From: Aureliella sp. | GTDB lineage: Bacteria; Planctomycetota; Planctomycetia; Pirellulales; Pirellulaceae | Length of the DNA stretch: 64,000 nt | Direction of reading: 5' to 3' | Assembly (NCBI GenBank): GCA_963691875.1 | Contig: OY829846.1 | Coordinates: 4,288,001-4,352,000, forward strand | Shown: positions 20,312 to 31,016 of the stretch, piece after piece | Position numbering within the stretch: position 1 is the first letter of the stretch | Layout of the letters: each line of letters starts with the position of its first letter | Notes under the pieces: model-generated | What the model saw: only the letters and a program-made list of their open reading frames with translations | What the model was told of the DNA's origin: nothing | Database searches by the model: none | Translations under genes and position numbers: made by a program

Positions 20312-21808
20312 TCACGGCTTCCATGGAGTCTTACCGTCTTTAGGCTGGAGGAACTTGGCATCCACTTCTTGGTACCACTTGTGGAGTTTGGTTCGCATGG
20401 CTTTAACACGCTCGGGCATCTGGTTGGCCAAGTCGTTCTGTTCGCTTACGTCTTGAGACAGGTCATAAAGGTGGACTCTCCCATCTTCATAGCGCTCAAA
20501 TAGCTTGAAGTTGCCTGAGCGAATGGCACCGCCAGGGATTCCACCTTGGTTGCTGTAGTGTGGATAGTGCCAGTATAGAGCGTCACGTTGAAGCTTGCCC
20601 CCTTTCAGAGCAGGCAGAAGGTCGATCCCATCGATGTTGTGTTGCAGTTCGACTCCTGCGGCGTTGGCGACAGTAGGGTAGAGGTCGATGGAACACATGA
20701 TTTCGTTGGACTGGGTGCCAGGTTTTACAACACCTGGATATCGCACAATCCATGGCTCGCGGATACCGCCTTCATAGACCCAGCCCTTACCGCCACGCAA
20801 CGGCAAGTTACACGTAGGCGATCCTTCGCTGGTCGACAAGCCACCGTTGTCCGACGTGAAGATCACCATCGTGTGTTCCGCGACACCAGCCTCTTCGATA
20901 GCATCCAAGACGTTTCCTACAGCAGCATCCATGGCCTCGACCATCGCACCGTAAACTGCGTGTTTTTGAAGGATGCGGACTTTTCGGTCTTTGCCGTTGG
21001 GAAAGATTTGTTCTTCGTCGGCAAATTCTTCTCCAAAGACTTTCTCAGCCTTTTTGCGGTACTTTGCGACCAAATCAGGTCGGCCCATCAAGGGCGTATG
21101 AACAGAATAGAAAGAAAGGTAGGTCAAAAAGGGCTCATCTTTGTGTGCCTTGATGAAACTCGCCGCTTCGCGTGAGAGCCTTGCTGGTAAGTGCTCTCCC
21201 TCCGGGCTTTCTTCTTTCATCTGTGGATTTTCGAACGGTGCAAAGTACTTCTTACCCGTGTAGGGTCCACCCTTTACGTGACCTCCGATGTTGACATCGA
21301 ATCCACGATTTTGTGGGAAGTACTCTTCCGACGGTCCGAGATGCCACTTGCCCGCAAAGAAGGTTGAGTAGCCTTTTTGCTTGAGCATCTGTGCTAACGT
21401 GATCTCGCTGAGAGGCATCTTGTTACTTAGTGGTGCTGGATTATAGGTGCCTGAGCGTCTGCCGCTGAAGAAGTTTGTTGCGTCGACACGCGAGGGATAC
21501 TTGCCGGTCATCAAACTGTAACGTGTCGGTGAGCACACAGGATTCGCTGCATAGCCATCGGTAAATCGCATTCCGCTGGCGGCCAAACGATCGACATTGG
21601 GTGTTTCGTAAAAGCAGTTCGGGTTGTTGGCACCGACATCCATATAGCCCAGGTCATCGACTAGGATCACCACGAAGTTCATGGGCTTCGCGCGAGCTGA
21701 GCTGGTCGGTTCGGCAGCTTGGGCCAGATTGGCGACAAGATAACCAAGGGTAGCACAGAAGAAAAATAGAATTCGACAGTTATTGATTGAGTTCAAATGA
21801 CTAACCAC
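20312..21808 (-). CDS. Cys-type formylglycine-dependent sulfatase
   Basis: ILVDDLG, CSPTRYSLMTG, GKWHLG, SDNGG, GGKGWVYEGGIR and WHYPHY. Confidence 0.95.
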   Translation of the reverse strand: MVSHLNSINNCRILFFFCATLGYLVANLAQAAEPTSSARAKPMNFVVILVDDLGYMDVGANNPNCFYETPNVDRLAASGMRFTDGYAANPVCSPTRYSLMTGKYPSRVDATNFFSGRRSGTYNPAPLSNKMPLSEITLAQMLKQKGYSTFFAGKWHLGPSEEYFPQNRGFDVNIGGHVKGGPYTGKKYFAPFENPQMKEESPEGEHLPARLSREAASFIKAHKDEPFLTYLSFYSVHTPLMGRPDLVAKYRKKAEKVFGEEFADEEQIFPNGKDRKVRILQKHAVYGAMVEAMDAAVGNVLDAIEEAGVAEHTMVIFTSDNGGLSTSEGSPTCNLPLRGGKGWVYEGGIREPWIVRYPGVVKPGTQSNEIMCSIDLYPTVANAAGVELQHNIDGIDLLPALKGGKLQRDALYWHYPHYSNQGGIPGGAIRSGNFKLFERYEDGRVHLYDLSQDVSEQNDLANQMPERVKAMRTKLHKWYQEVDAKFLQPKDGKTPWKP

Positions 21809-21980
21809 GGCATTTCTTCAGATCAAGGACAGTTATTTCCACTAACGCATAGATACTACCTTGAGCGAAATTCAAAATCCAGCTGAGGCTGTGGCGAGAG
21901 CGGTGGCGCGTTGCTGTTACGGCCCGCTGCTGGTGCTACTCTCCGGGGATCATCTCTGGTTCTAGTAGCAGTGTAGGCCG

Positions 21981-23558
21981 TCACTGGTTCTCTACAGGGC
22001 TTGCCTTGAGCCCCGCTGGAACGAAAAAACGTTCGCTACAACTAAATCCCCATTGAACCAGGAGAGCCATGGCGGCCGCTGGTACAGCACCTTGGAGAAT
22101 TAGCCTCATGTCGTCAAGTCGAATGCCTGTGAGGATTGGCTGTCCGTAGCCACCAGCACCGATGAGGGCACCGATGGTGGCGGTGCCAACATTGATCACT
22201 GCAGCGGTCTTAATTCCAGAGAGAATCGCTTGCGATGCAAGAGGAAGTTCTATCAGCCGAAGCTTTGCCCAGCCTGATAGCCCAAGTGCCATCGCCGACT
22301 CATGAATGCCCGGTGCAATACTTGTTAGACCAGTGTGTGTGCCACGCACAATGGGGAGTAAGCTGTAGAGGAACAATGCAACAATCGCAGGCTGTGGGCC
22401 CAGCTCCATGTTGGCAAGAGTGATCAGAAATACCATCAACGCAAGAGAAGGGATGGTTTGAATGACGCCAACGAAGGATAGTATTGCTTCGCCAAGCCTT
22501 GGGGCTTTGTACGCAGCGATACCAAGTGGTATCGCGAAGATGATTGCCAGTGCAAGGGAAATCACTACGAGCCGCTGGTGTTCTATTGAGCGGATGAAGA
22601 CTTCTTGGTAGACGGATTTCTCTTTGTTTCGGTCGACCGTGTCGGGCTTGTCATTGTCTTTTAGAAATTGCAGCGCAACCTTGGCTTCTGAAGCTTTGTC
22701 AATGCGCACAGATTTGTTCATTGCCGTCATCTGGTTTTCATTGATCTTGCCCGCGAGTTTTTCGAAGGCTTCCACGACGGCGGGATGTTTTTCCCTCAGT
22801 TCGGTCCGGTAAAGTACGACAGCTTCGTATCGAGGAAAGTATTCTCGGCGGTCATCTAGAATGCGCAGGTCGTACGCAGCGATTTCAGCGTCCGTGGAAT
22901 ACAGGTCGATGACGTCGATCGCGCCTTCAAATACACCTCGGTAAGAAAGGCTGTGATCGAGTGTTTGCACCGAAGTAGGGTTGAGACCGTAGCGGTTCTT
23001 GAGTCCCTCCCAGCCATCGGGACGTTGGGCGAATTCATCGGAAAAACCGAAGCGAAGGTCGCTATGCTCCGTAAGGTCGGCAATAGACTGGATGCCTAGC
23101 GTTTCAGCTTGCTCGCTCCGCATGCCGAGTGCGTAGGTATTGTTGAATCCCAGCGGAGCTGACATCGTGATTCCATCTTGTAGCAGTCGCCCTGCCATGC
23201 TTTGCAAGCTGTTGACATCCTCGTTCTTTAGGATCTCTTCCTGAATCGTTCCGCTGTATTCGACGTAAGCATCAATTTCGCCTTTCTTCAGAGCGTTCCA
23301 GAGCACTTGGGTACCACTAAGTTCTTTTCGGTGCTTGCAAAGAACACCAACATTGTCCGACTGGAGACGCAAGACCTCACCCAGGATGACTGATTCCGTA
23401 AAAGCCTTTGAGCCGACGGTGATTTTCGATGCTTTACTTTCGTTAAGGTCAGTAATTCCTGGCATGAAGAGCAATGCGAAGTAGGCTAAACCAAGCACGG
23501 CGAAGCCTAAGAGGCGAAATCGTGAGGCAATAGAACTGGAGCGAGATGCGTATGACAT
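21981..23558 (-). CDS. Glycine betaine/osmoprotectant ABC transporter, fused substrate-binding and permease protein
   Basis: VGSKAFTES, EYSGT and GFNNTY (OpuAC-like binding domain), then QTIPSLAL, ELPLA and GAGGYG (permease). Likely start MSYAS at 23558. Confidence 0.9.
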   Translation of the reverse strand: MSYASRSSSIASRFRLLGFAVLGLAYFALLFMPGITDLNESKASKITVGSKAFTESVILGEVLRLQSDNVGVLCKHRKELSGTQVLWNALKKGEIDAYVEYSGTIQEEILKNEDVNSLQSMAGRLLQDGITMSAPLGFNNTYALGMRSEQAETLGIQSIADLTEHSDLRFGFSDEFAQRPDGWEGLKNRYGLNPTSVQTLDHSLSYRGVFEGAIDVIDLYSTDAEIAAYDLRILDDRREYFPRYEAVVLYRTELREKHPAVVEAFEKLAGKINENQMTAMNKSVRIDKASEAKVALQFLKDNDKPDTVDRNKEKSVYQEVFIRSIEHQRLVVISLALAIIFAIPLGIAAYKAPRLGEAILSFVGVIQTIPSLALMVFLITLANMELGPQPAIVALFLYSLLPIVRGTHTGLTSIAPGIHESAMALGLSGWAKLRLIELPLASQAILSGIKTAAVINVGTATIGALIGAGGYGQPILTGIRLDDMRLILQGAVPAAAMALLVQWGFSCSERFFVPAGLKASPVENQ

Positions 23559-23971
23559 CGGAAGTTGCTTCGCTGGATTGCAGCTATTGTTTGGTTTGAG
23601 TTGAACCGGAGTGGCTTCTTTTGTGCCCCTCGGCATCAAGGTTCGCTAGAGCAAAGCGGCCAGTTCCAGCACGGCTCTGCAGGTATGACGTGAACGATCT
23701 TTGGTCGTCCGTATAGAGCAAGATGCCATGAATTCTATGATCTTTGCGCCCTATCGGGTGAATGTTCTAGCCGAGAGAGAGTCAAAGCCGGCTTTAGGTG
23801 GTCGTTTGCGGCTTTCAAGGCGTATCTGTCTTGGCATCGGCTATCGAAAAAGGCGTGTTTTTGCTAGAGTCAGGTCCTCTATTTCCCAGTGAGTTGACTT
23901 TGGGGTAAGCAAATTTCCAAAAGCTCGGAATAACGTCCTCCCCCGCAAGATCTGCATTTCCTAGTAAGCAC

Positions 23972-25069
23972 ATGGTAACTCTCTACGTAACTTTCGTCGC
24001 TCTTTCAGCCGTAATCGTGGCGGCTGCGATGTTGCTGGCGAAATTTGGTGATGAGATTTCCGATCAGACAGGCCTAGGCGGTTCCGTTACAGGCCTTGTC
24101 TTACTAGCAGGCGCTACAAGCCTGCCAGAGCTATCGGTTGGTTACTCAGCGATTCAGCTGCCTGGTGGCGGCGAAGATCTCACGGCGGGCGGTGTTTTAG
24201 GTAGCTCGCTAGTCAACTTGTTGATTTTGGCTTTGGTCGATCTAATTTCTCGCAAGCCGGGACATATCCTCACGCGTTCCGCAGCAGAGCATGCTTTGAG
24301 TGCGACTGTGGGGGCTCTTTTGACGGGGCTGATTCTCCTCGGGATTCTGCTAGACAATCCATGGCAGTTTTGGGCTGTCGGTCCTTGTAGTTGGGCTGTC
24401 ATCATTGTCTACGGTATTTGTGCTCGCTTGATCTACTTGGATGAGCGACTGAGTGCTGAGGATAGAGAGTCAGACGACGACGAGAAGGTTGAGAAAAGCG
24501 TTAGCAAGCTGTTATTGAGCTTTGGGGGCTTCATTGCTGCAACGGCCGTTATTTTTGTCGTCGCCCCCATGGTTGCGTCAAGAGCCGACGAGATCGCAGC
24601 TGTCACCGGCTTGGGGCAGACTTTTATTGGAACGCTTCTCGTTGCTACGGTGACTTCACTACCGGAAGCCGTAGCTACCATCGCTGCTGTTCGATTGGGT
24701 GCGGTGGACATGGCGATTGGTAATATCTTTGGTAGCAACGCGTTCAACATGGTTATCTTTGCAGTGCTGGACTTCGCTACAGATGGATCCATCTTGGATA
24801 CCGTCTCAGAGACGCATGCTATCACCGCCGCATGCGTGTTGATCACGACGGCAATCGGGCTCATGTGCATTCTCTACAAGCCAGCAAAGCGTTGGTGGCT
24901 GTTTGAGCCGGATGCAGCGTTGATTGCGATGTTCGTCGTTTTAGCGCTTTATCTGGTGTATTTAAAGGGGCAAACGTCTGACGCAGTTGAGGTTGTACCT
25001 CAAAACTCTTCCATGTCTTCGCCAGAGAATGGCTCACCATCGCTTGAGCCCGCGCCGGGTGTAAGCTAG
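23972..25069 (+). CDS. Sodium:calcium antiporter (CaCA family)
   Basis: Two alpha-repeats, ATSLPE...GSSLVN and VTSLPE...GSNAFN, with about 10 TM helices. Confidence 0.9.
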   Translation: MVTLYVTFVALSAVIVAAAMLLAKFGDEISDQTGLGGSVTGLVLLAGATSLPELSVGYSAIQLPGGGEDLTAGGVLGSSLVNLLILALVDLISRKPGHILTRSAAEHALSATVGALLTGLILLGILLDNPWQFWAVGPCSWAVIIVYGICARLIYLDERLSAEDRESDDDEKVEKSVSKLLLSFGGFIAATAVIFVVAPMVASRADEIAAVTGLGQTFIGTLLVATVTSLPEAVATIAAVRLGAVDMAIGNIFGSNAFNMVIFAVLDFATDGSILDTVSETHAITAACVLITTAIGLMCILYKPAKRWWLFEPDAALIAMFVVLALYLVYLKGQTSDAVEVVPQNSSMSSPENGSPSLEPAPGVS

Positions 25070-25176
25070 AGCTGCGGCGCACTAGCAGAAGAACGTTGAA
25101 CGATCCGAAGTTTGCCGAGCGTTGCGCTCATCGTAGCACGCGCAGCTGTCTTCGCGATACGACGTGTCGTTTCGCA

Positions 25177-26919
25177 CTAAATGACTTGTACTGAGCTAGG
25201 TACTCGCGGATCCGAGGCTGCTTCTATTATCCCATCTTGAATCGAAAGGCCTTGAGAAACAGCGGCTGATCGGATTCTTGCAATATTGTGTCCAAATCGT
25301 GCGAGTTGCTCTACAACCTCGTCCTTTATTGCATTCTCGCAGACGGCTGTATCAGGCGACCATTGGTGGTGTGCGCGAGCCGAAGAGATTGCTTCGTCAA
25401 TTGATTGCCCAAGATCTAGAACTTGGACTAGCACCTGTAGTACGGTGGTGATGATCTTGGGACCGCCAGCGGCGCCACATGAGAGAATTGGAGCGCCGGA
25501 GTGATCGAGTACAATCGTTGGGCTCATGCTAGAAAGAGGGCGTTTTCCGGGCGCGATCAAGTTGGCTTCTGAGCCCAGCAGTCCGAAGGCATTTCGAACA
25601 CCTGGAGCGATGCTGAAATCGTCCAGTTCATTGTTCAGCACAACACCTGTACCGGGAACGATCATCTTGTTTCCAAATGTTGTATTGACGGTTTGAGTGA
25701 TCGCGACGACGTTACCTTCAGCGTCGGCTGTGGTCAAATGAGTGGTATGACCGCCCTTGCCGAAGAGGTCGATATCGGCCCGCGGCGGCTGGCCATGGCT
25801 GTCAATCTTCGAGGTTTGATCTAGCTTGATGCCCGCCGCTCGTTCGCGAAGATAGCTTCGGTCAAGCAAGCCAAGTGGGACTTTTGCAAAGTCGGAGTCA
25901 CCCAGCCAGTATGCTCGATCTGCCATCGCCCGCTTCATCACTTCCAGGAGCAAGTGTCGCCCCGTTGCTGCGGACTTGTTGAAAGTTTCCTTCACGTCGA
26001 AACCAGAGAGCATGCCGAGCATCTGGGCAATATGAATTCCGCCGGAGCTCGGTGGAGGGAATCCATAAACTCGATTGCCTCGATAATTAGAGTTGATAGG
26101 TTCACGAAGGACTGTGTTGTATTCTGCGAAGTCGGAGGCCTGCATCACGCCGCCTTGTTCGGCTAAGAATCTACCAGTGACTTCCGCAAACTCACCCTGG
26201 TAAAACCACTCGACACCTTTATCGGCCAAGTTAGTGAGTGTCTTTCCTAAGTCTTTCTGAACTAGCTTGTGCCCTGGCTGCCAAGGTGAGCCGCCCGAAT
26301 CGAGCAAGATCTTTGCCGAGGGCGGAAACCGCTTGAGGCTCTTGGCAACAAGACGAAGGCGGCGCACGTAGTTTTCGTCGAGAACAAAGCCTTGAGAGGC
26401 GACTTCGGCTGCGCCCGCGAAGCCATTGGCCAACGTTAGTTTGCCGTGGCTGGAGGTGAGCCGATCGAGAGCAGCCAGCAGCCCAGGGACTCCTGCGGCA
26501 AGCGGTCCAACTTGAGATAACTTGGGATCGGGTTTGCCGTTGCGATAGAACATCTCCGGTTTTGCCAGGGCGGGGGCTTTTTCCCGGCCATCTAAGGCCA
26601 GAATCTTGCCATCAGCGGTCCGGATCATTGCAAGGCAGCCGCCGCCAATTCCCGAATTGAACCCGTCGACGACGGTTAGCATGATGGAAGCCGCAGCAGC
26701 TGCATCAATCGCATTTCCTCCTTGACGAAAGGCTTCGATGGCAGCGCGACTTGCGATAGGGTGCACCGTCGCTACGGCGCCTTCCTTGCTCGTTCCCGTG
26801 CGCTTCGAGCCGGTGACTTGCGAGTTTGAATCTTGGGCTAAAGAAAAGCTAGAAGTAAAGGGCAGGGAGCTCAGGGCAGCGCCGTGGGCGAGGAAGTGTC
26901 GGCGATCAACAATCGACAT
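25177..26919 (-). CDS. ggt: Gamma-glutamyltransferase (Tat-exported)
   Basis: DRRHFL Tat signal, GGNAIDAA, SGIGGG, HTTH nucleophile Thr, LNNELDDF, RPLSSMSP and GGPKI. Confidence 0.93.
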   Translation of the reverse strand: MSIVDRRHFLAHGAALSSLPFTSSFSLAQDSNSQVTGSKRTGTSKEGAVATVHPIASRAAIEAFRQGGNAIDAAAAASIMLTVVDGFNSGIGGGCLAMIRTADGKILALDGREKAPALAKPEMFYRNGKPDPKLSQVGPLAAGVPGLLAALDRLTSSHGKLTLANGFAGAAEVASQGFVLDENYVRRLRLVAKSLKRFPPSAKILLDSGGSPWQPGHKLVQKDLGKTLTNLADKGVEWFYQGEFAEVTGRFLAEQGGVMQASDFAEYNTVLREPINSNYRGNRVYGFPPPSSGGIHIAQMLGMLSGFDVKETFNKSAATGRHLLLEVMKRAMADRAYWLGDSDFAKVPLGLLDRSYLRERAAGIKLDQTSKIDSHGQPPRADIDLFGKGGHTTHLTTADAEGNVVAITQTVNTTFGNKMIVPGTGVVLNNELDDFSIAPGVRNAFGLLGSEANLIAPGKRPLSSMSPTIVLDHSGAPILSCGAAGGPKIITTVLQVLVQVLDLGQSIDEAISSARAHHQWSPDTAVCENAIKDEVVEQLARFGHNIARIRSAAVSQGLSIQDGIIEAASDPRVPSSVQVI

Positions 26920-27185
26920 ACTTGTCTCCAAAGATTCTGTGAAGCTAGCCAAGCAGCTTGGTTGGCTACGTACAGCTTACACACAGAACAACGGCTGCCA
27001 AAGTCATCGATTGCACGATCAATCGGAGCGTGTGTCTTTCCTCACCTAGCTGAAGTCATTAAGACTTTAGGCAAAAGAAAAGGTTACGAATTCGAGCAAA
27101 GCTCGGCATGCCACTGGACCCAAGCGGGTACCTGGAATGCAAGCAACTTAGCGCGTACCTGGGGGAGAAATTCTGGAGAATTCCA

Positions 27186-29087
27186 CTATGAGCGTGCCCA
27201 ATATAAAGCGCGAAATTTAGGATCAACGCCCTTCCAGTTGCCGCCAACTTTCCTCGGTTTCGCGTCCGTGCCACGAGGAGCGCGAAGGTGCTCAGCAGGA
27301 CTGAGTTTGAGACGTCGTACTTGAGCCCAAGTACGAATAGGCTCACCTGAGAAATTTTTAAAGTCGGAGGTGGATAATGTGATTCTCTGCGTGTCATTTT
27401 CGCCAGCGCAATCCACTTCCGCTGCAAAATCGCCGAGAAGCACAACTAACTTGTTGGGCTGCGCGGATGTTACTTCCAAAACCAGCTTGGCGTCTTCACT
27501 CGGAGCCTTCCAAAGTTTGCTGTTGAGTTTGTGCGTGGTTCGCGCCCATCCGCCTGCACGATAGTGAAACCACTCTTGTTCCCAATCGCCTTCGAAGTCT
27601 TCAATTGTTTTGGTTTCAGCCAACGCCACTTCGGCTTTCGAGTCTAATAGTTCCTCAGCCGGTATCTTGTGGAGAAGCGAAGAGACTACGTAGGAGTCCG
27701 CTGTGTACGCGCCATAGTAGTATCCTGCACCTGAAATCGGTTTGAGTAATTCGTAGCGTACGTTTGCGTACACCCACAGTGGGGCATCGGTCTGGGGAAG
27801 AGGCAATCGGGCGATCCATTCAGACGAGTTCTCATGGGTAGCTCTAGCTGAACTCTGGTGCCAAAATCGATGTATCACATCTTGCATGTCGCTCGGCTGC
27901 TCAGCTTCCTTGCCTTGGAGTGTGTAGTAAACATCCACCGATTCAATCGGGCGAGAATAATCGGGGCGGATTTGCAGAACTGGAACTCCATCTGCCGAAT
28001 CTAGCTTCAGAGTCGTCTGCGGGGTCTCCGGAACTTTGAAACTGCCTTTGAGATGCTGGTCCATCCAGATCTGTGTCGCGACTTCGTGCTCGGGCGTATC
28101 TTGGTGATTGTGGTGTGGCGAGCAAGTCACACGCCAATCGTCGCTTGCGATTTCTTCTATGGCGCGAGGTAGATCGCCAATGCGTCCATGGAAGTCGTTT
28201 GCAGGGCTAAGAAACATAATGGGACAATGCACCTTGGCCAAACTCACGTCATCTCCCACGGTAGCTCGAAACAACTCACTACGGCTGTAGCGATCACTGA
28301 TGCCGCCACAAGACGGAGCAGTAGCTTTGACTCGTGGATCTACGGCCGTCATCACTGTTAGTTTTCCGCCCATGGAGTGCCCGTAGACGCCAAGGCGAGA
28401 AGCATCGACCTCGGGCTGTTCTTCTAGAAAAGTAAGAGCCCGGCGAGCAGCCAAAGCACAGAGAAACCAACCGCTGTTTCGTGGCGACTCGATGGAGTCG
28501 AGTGTCCATTCCGCCGAGGCTGCACTTGGAAACTGATTCCCGGCATTACGACCAGGAGCGTGGTAGCCATCCAGTGCACCCCAGTCTGTTGTTCTGCGGT
28601 AATTCGGGGCATCCGTTTTGTCATCCCAGAACAGTTTGACTTCCGCCGGTCCCACCCGATACGCGGGTGCACTGATGCGACCTGCCCACGCTATGGAGAG
28701 CGTGGCATAGCCACGCTTCGCGTTGGTTGAACATGCTTTGTAGTCCGCATACTGGCCGCCACCGTGGATCTGAAGGAGGCCAGGCACCTTGTTTGTCTTA
28801 CTTGCAGAGTCGGGAAAGCCGTAGACTGCTGCCAGAGTTGCTTTCCTGCCTTTGAAAATACCAATGCGAAAGCGAACGATCCTAAGGGTTACGCTATCCT
28901 CTTTCCACTGGTGCAGTAATTCGCTTTCAAGTGGTTCGGCTTGAGGGTCAAAGCCAGCCCACATTTGTTCGAAGTTCTGTGGTGCCTGATTATCGATGAG
29001 TGCAGGCAGCGTTTCGTCGCCTTGTAGCCCAGCATTCAGTAAGCTAAACAGCAAGATGTGGCTGAAGATCTTAAGTCGATATGGCAT
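27186..29087 (-). CDS. Secreted alpha/beta-hydrolase (dienelactone hydrolase-like esterase) with C-terminal carbohydrate-binding-like domain
   Basis: Signal peptide from MPYRL, LQIHGGGQ, GHSMGG nucleophile elbow and HHNHQD. Confidence 0.75.
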   Translation of the reverse strand: MPYRLKIFSHILLFSLLNAGLQGDETLPALIDNQAPQNFEQMWAGFDPQAEPLESELLHQWKEDSVTLRIVRFRIGIFKGRKATLAAVYGFPDSASKTNKVPGLLQIHGGGQYADYKACSTNAKRGYATLSIAWAGRISAPAYRVGPAEVKLFWDDKTDAPNYRRTTDWGALDGYHAPGRNAGNQFPSAASAEWTLDSIESPRNSGWFLCALAARRALTFLEEQPEVDASRLGVYGHSMGGKLTVMTAVDPRVKATAPSCGGISDRYSRSELFRATVGDDVSLAKVHCPIMFLSPANDFHGRIGDLPRAIEEIASDDWRVTCSPHHNHQDTPEHEVATQIWMDQHLKGSFKVPETPQTTLKLDSADGVPVLQIRPDYSRPIESVDVYYTLQGKEAEQPSDMQDVIHRFWHQSSARATHENSSEWIARLPLPQTDAPLWVYANVRYELLKPISGAGYYYGAYTADSYVVSSLLHKIPAEELLDSKAEVALAETKTIEDFEGDWEQEWFHYRAGGWARTTHKLNSKLWKAPSEDAKLVLEVTSAQPNKLVVLLGDFAAEVDCAGENDTQRITLSTSDFKNFSGEPIRTWAQVRRLKLSPAEHLRAPRGTDAKPRKVGGNWKGVDPKFRALYWARS

Positions 29088-29182
29088 GGAGAGCTCAGTG
29101 ATATTGGCAAGACCAAGAAAGGTGCTCATGCTACCGGGAGCACGAGCGACGCCGTTATTGCGCTGGTTAACGGCCAGCATTC

Positions 29183-30031
29183 TTAGTTGCAGTGTTTGGC
29201 GACTTGCTGTTTCATGAAAGCAAGTCCTTGTTCAGCCAAGCCAAGCTCGGTGTCGTACATGCGGCGCCAAATACGCGTGGCGGCAGCAAGTTCTGGTAAG
29301 GCAAGACCGAATGCTTCGATAACTAGCCAGCCGTCGTAGTCAATCTTTCCGATTCCAGAGAAATTCTTCTCCCAGTTGACGTTTCCTGCACCGGGAGTGC
29401 TGCGGTCGTTCTCACTAATATGGATGTGAATCAACTTGTCTTTGATGTCATTCAAGGTGCCGACGATATCTTTTTCCTCAATGTTGCTATGGAAGGTGTC
29501 GTACATCATGCCGCAGGCTGGGTGGTCCACTTCTCGAGCAAATTCGGCCGCGTCGGCGTGTGCGTTCAGGAAGTAGCACTCGAATCGGTTTAGTGCTTCA
29601 ACACCAAGGTACACTCCAACACTGCCAGCGTGTTCTGCGACAGCCCGCATGCTCTCGACGCCCCAGGCCCACTCATCGTCCGTGCGTCCAGCGCCCGAAA
29701 AGTGCCCGAGTGCGGAGTGGTACGGACCGCAAAGTGTTTGTACTCCTGCAGCAGCGCAGCAATCCAGCGTCTTCTTGGTCAGATCGATACCCTTGGCGCG
29801 AACCGCTGCATCTTCGCTGATCGGATTGTCTTCCACGTTACGAACCGTTACAGCGGTGCACTGCAGTCCCATATCCTTCAACTGTTGTCCGAGCTTGGCG
29901 TAGTCCAGATCCAGGTTGAACATTGGCAGTTCGACGCCATCGTAGCCCATTTCCTTGAGCTTCTCGATTGTAGGCAGCATGTCGTCAGTGACTTCACCGC
30001 TCCACAACAACAGGTTCATGCCGTATTTCAT
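29183..30031 (-). CDS. D-tagatose/D-psicose 3-epimerase-family ketose epimerase (sugar phosphate isomerase/epimerase)
   Basis: All family metal/catalytic motifs are present: EALNRFE, DTFH, HIHISENDR and IEAF. Confidence 0.88.
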   Translation of the reverse strand: MKYGMNLLLWSGEVTDDMLPTIEKLKEMGYDGVELPMFNLDLDYAKLGQQLKDMGLQCTAVTVRNVEDNPISEDAAVRAKGIDLTKKTLDCCAAAGVQTLCGPYHSALGHFSGAGRTDDEWAWGVESMRAVAEHAGSVGVYLGVEALNRFECYFLNAHADAAEFAREVDHPACGMMYDTFHSNIEEKDIVGTLNDIKDKLIHIHISENDRSTPGAGNVNWEKNFSGIGKIDYDGWLVIEAFGLALPELAAATRIWRRMYDTELGLAEQGLAFMKQQVAKHCN

Positions 30032-30308
30032 CTGAGCTTTCTCCGCGGGATATGCGAGTGGGATTTTTTGGGGTTGGAAGGCAGCTATTTTAGCCGCTTT
30101 TTCCCGCCAAGGAACTGGTGGAGTTGGCCTCGCTCGTGTGTCTCAGGCGTGATTTTTGGATTTCAGCCGTATTGGCGTTAGTCGCGGCTGCAAGCGAATA
30201 GATCTCGAGTGCGACTCGTGTTGGAAATCAGAAAAAGTTGGAGTGAAATCCAAAGTAGTTTGACCCGATCGCCATTTCATATCGCATTTGCAGATGATGA
30301 AACCGGAG

Positions 30309-30977
30309 TTAACGCCCTGCCGCTGAAGTCTTGAGTGGCGTTAGCAGCTCGTCGGCAGCGTTGCGCACTCGAGTACGAGCTGAGCAAAGCCACTCGCTGG
30401 TTCGGTCGGGTAGCTGCGGGAGCTTGACGCGTTTCATAACGCCGTTGAGTCGGTAGAGCAACAGCTTGTCGTCGTAGTAATCGGCCAAGAATCTTTCTTC
30501 GACGAAGCGCGGAACAAGTAGCGTTAGAACCGTTACGGGCTTGCGACAAATCTTGTTGGCGGCGGCCTGCATTTCTTCGGTATCTAGTGAAGCGAGCAAG
30601 TCATAATAGCGCTTGAGCAGAGTCGGATCACGCTCGCAGAGTACTGAGTCCAGGAGAAGTTCGATGCTGATGTGGCCCAAGAAACTTGACTGATGCCCCA
30701 TGCCTTCGCCCAACCACTCTCGTAGTTCGACCGCGAATTCGGAGCACATCAAGTTGAACTTTTCACCCATGTGAAACCAGCGGTCATCATCGTGATGTTG
30801 GACGCAGCCGCGTGCGAAGGCCCTGTGAATCGGGTTTTCATCTTCGGCGACTGGCAGAGCAAACTGCCGCCTCGCGCGATTCTTACGATCAATTACACTC
30901 ATCCAGTCCGGAAGTCCCGTGCCGATCGCGAAATAAGGATCGTCGAGAAATCGGTAAGCGTGCGAGAGGTAGTTCAA
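30309..30977 (-). CDS. ACP phosphodiesterase (AcpH)-like protein
   Basis: MNYLSHAY N-terminus, G..QHHDDDRWFH and GHISIELLLD. Confidence 0.6.
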   Translation of the reverse strand: MNYLSHAYRFLDDPYFAIGTGLPDWMSVIDRKNRARRQFALPVAEDENPIHRAFARGCVQHHDDDRWFHMGEKFNLMCSEFAVELREWLGEGMGHQSSFLGHISIELLLDSVLCERDPTLLKRYYDLLASLDTEEMQAAANKICRKPVTVLTLLVPRFVEERFLADYYDDKLLLYRLNGVMKRVKLPQLPDRTSEWLCSARTRVRNAADELLTPLKTSAAGR

Positions 30978-31016
30978 AGTGCTTTGAGTTTTTTAGAGGG
31001 ATCAATAGAGTGGCTG

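Noticed and set aside
23890..23960. Possible yybP-ykoY (Mn) riboswitch before the cation antiporter
   Set aside because: Only vague resemblance (TGGGGTA..GCAAGA); the conserved GGGAGTAG core and supporting stems are missing.
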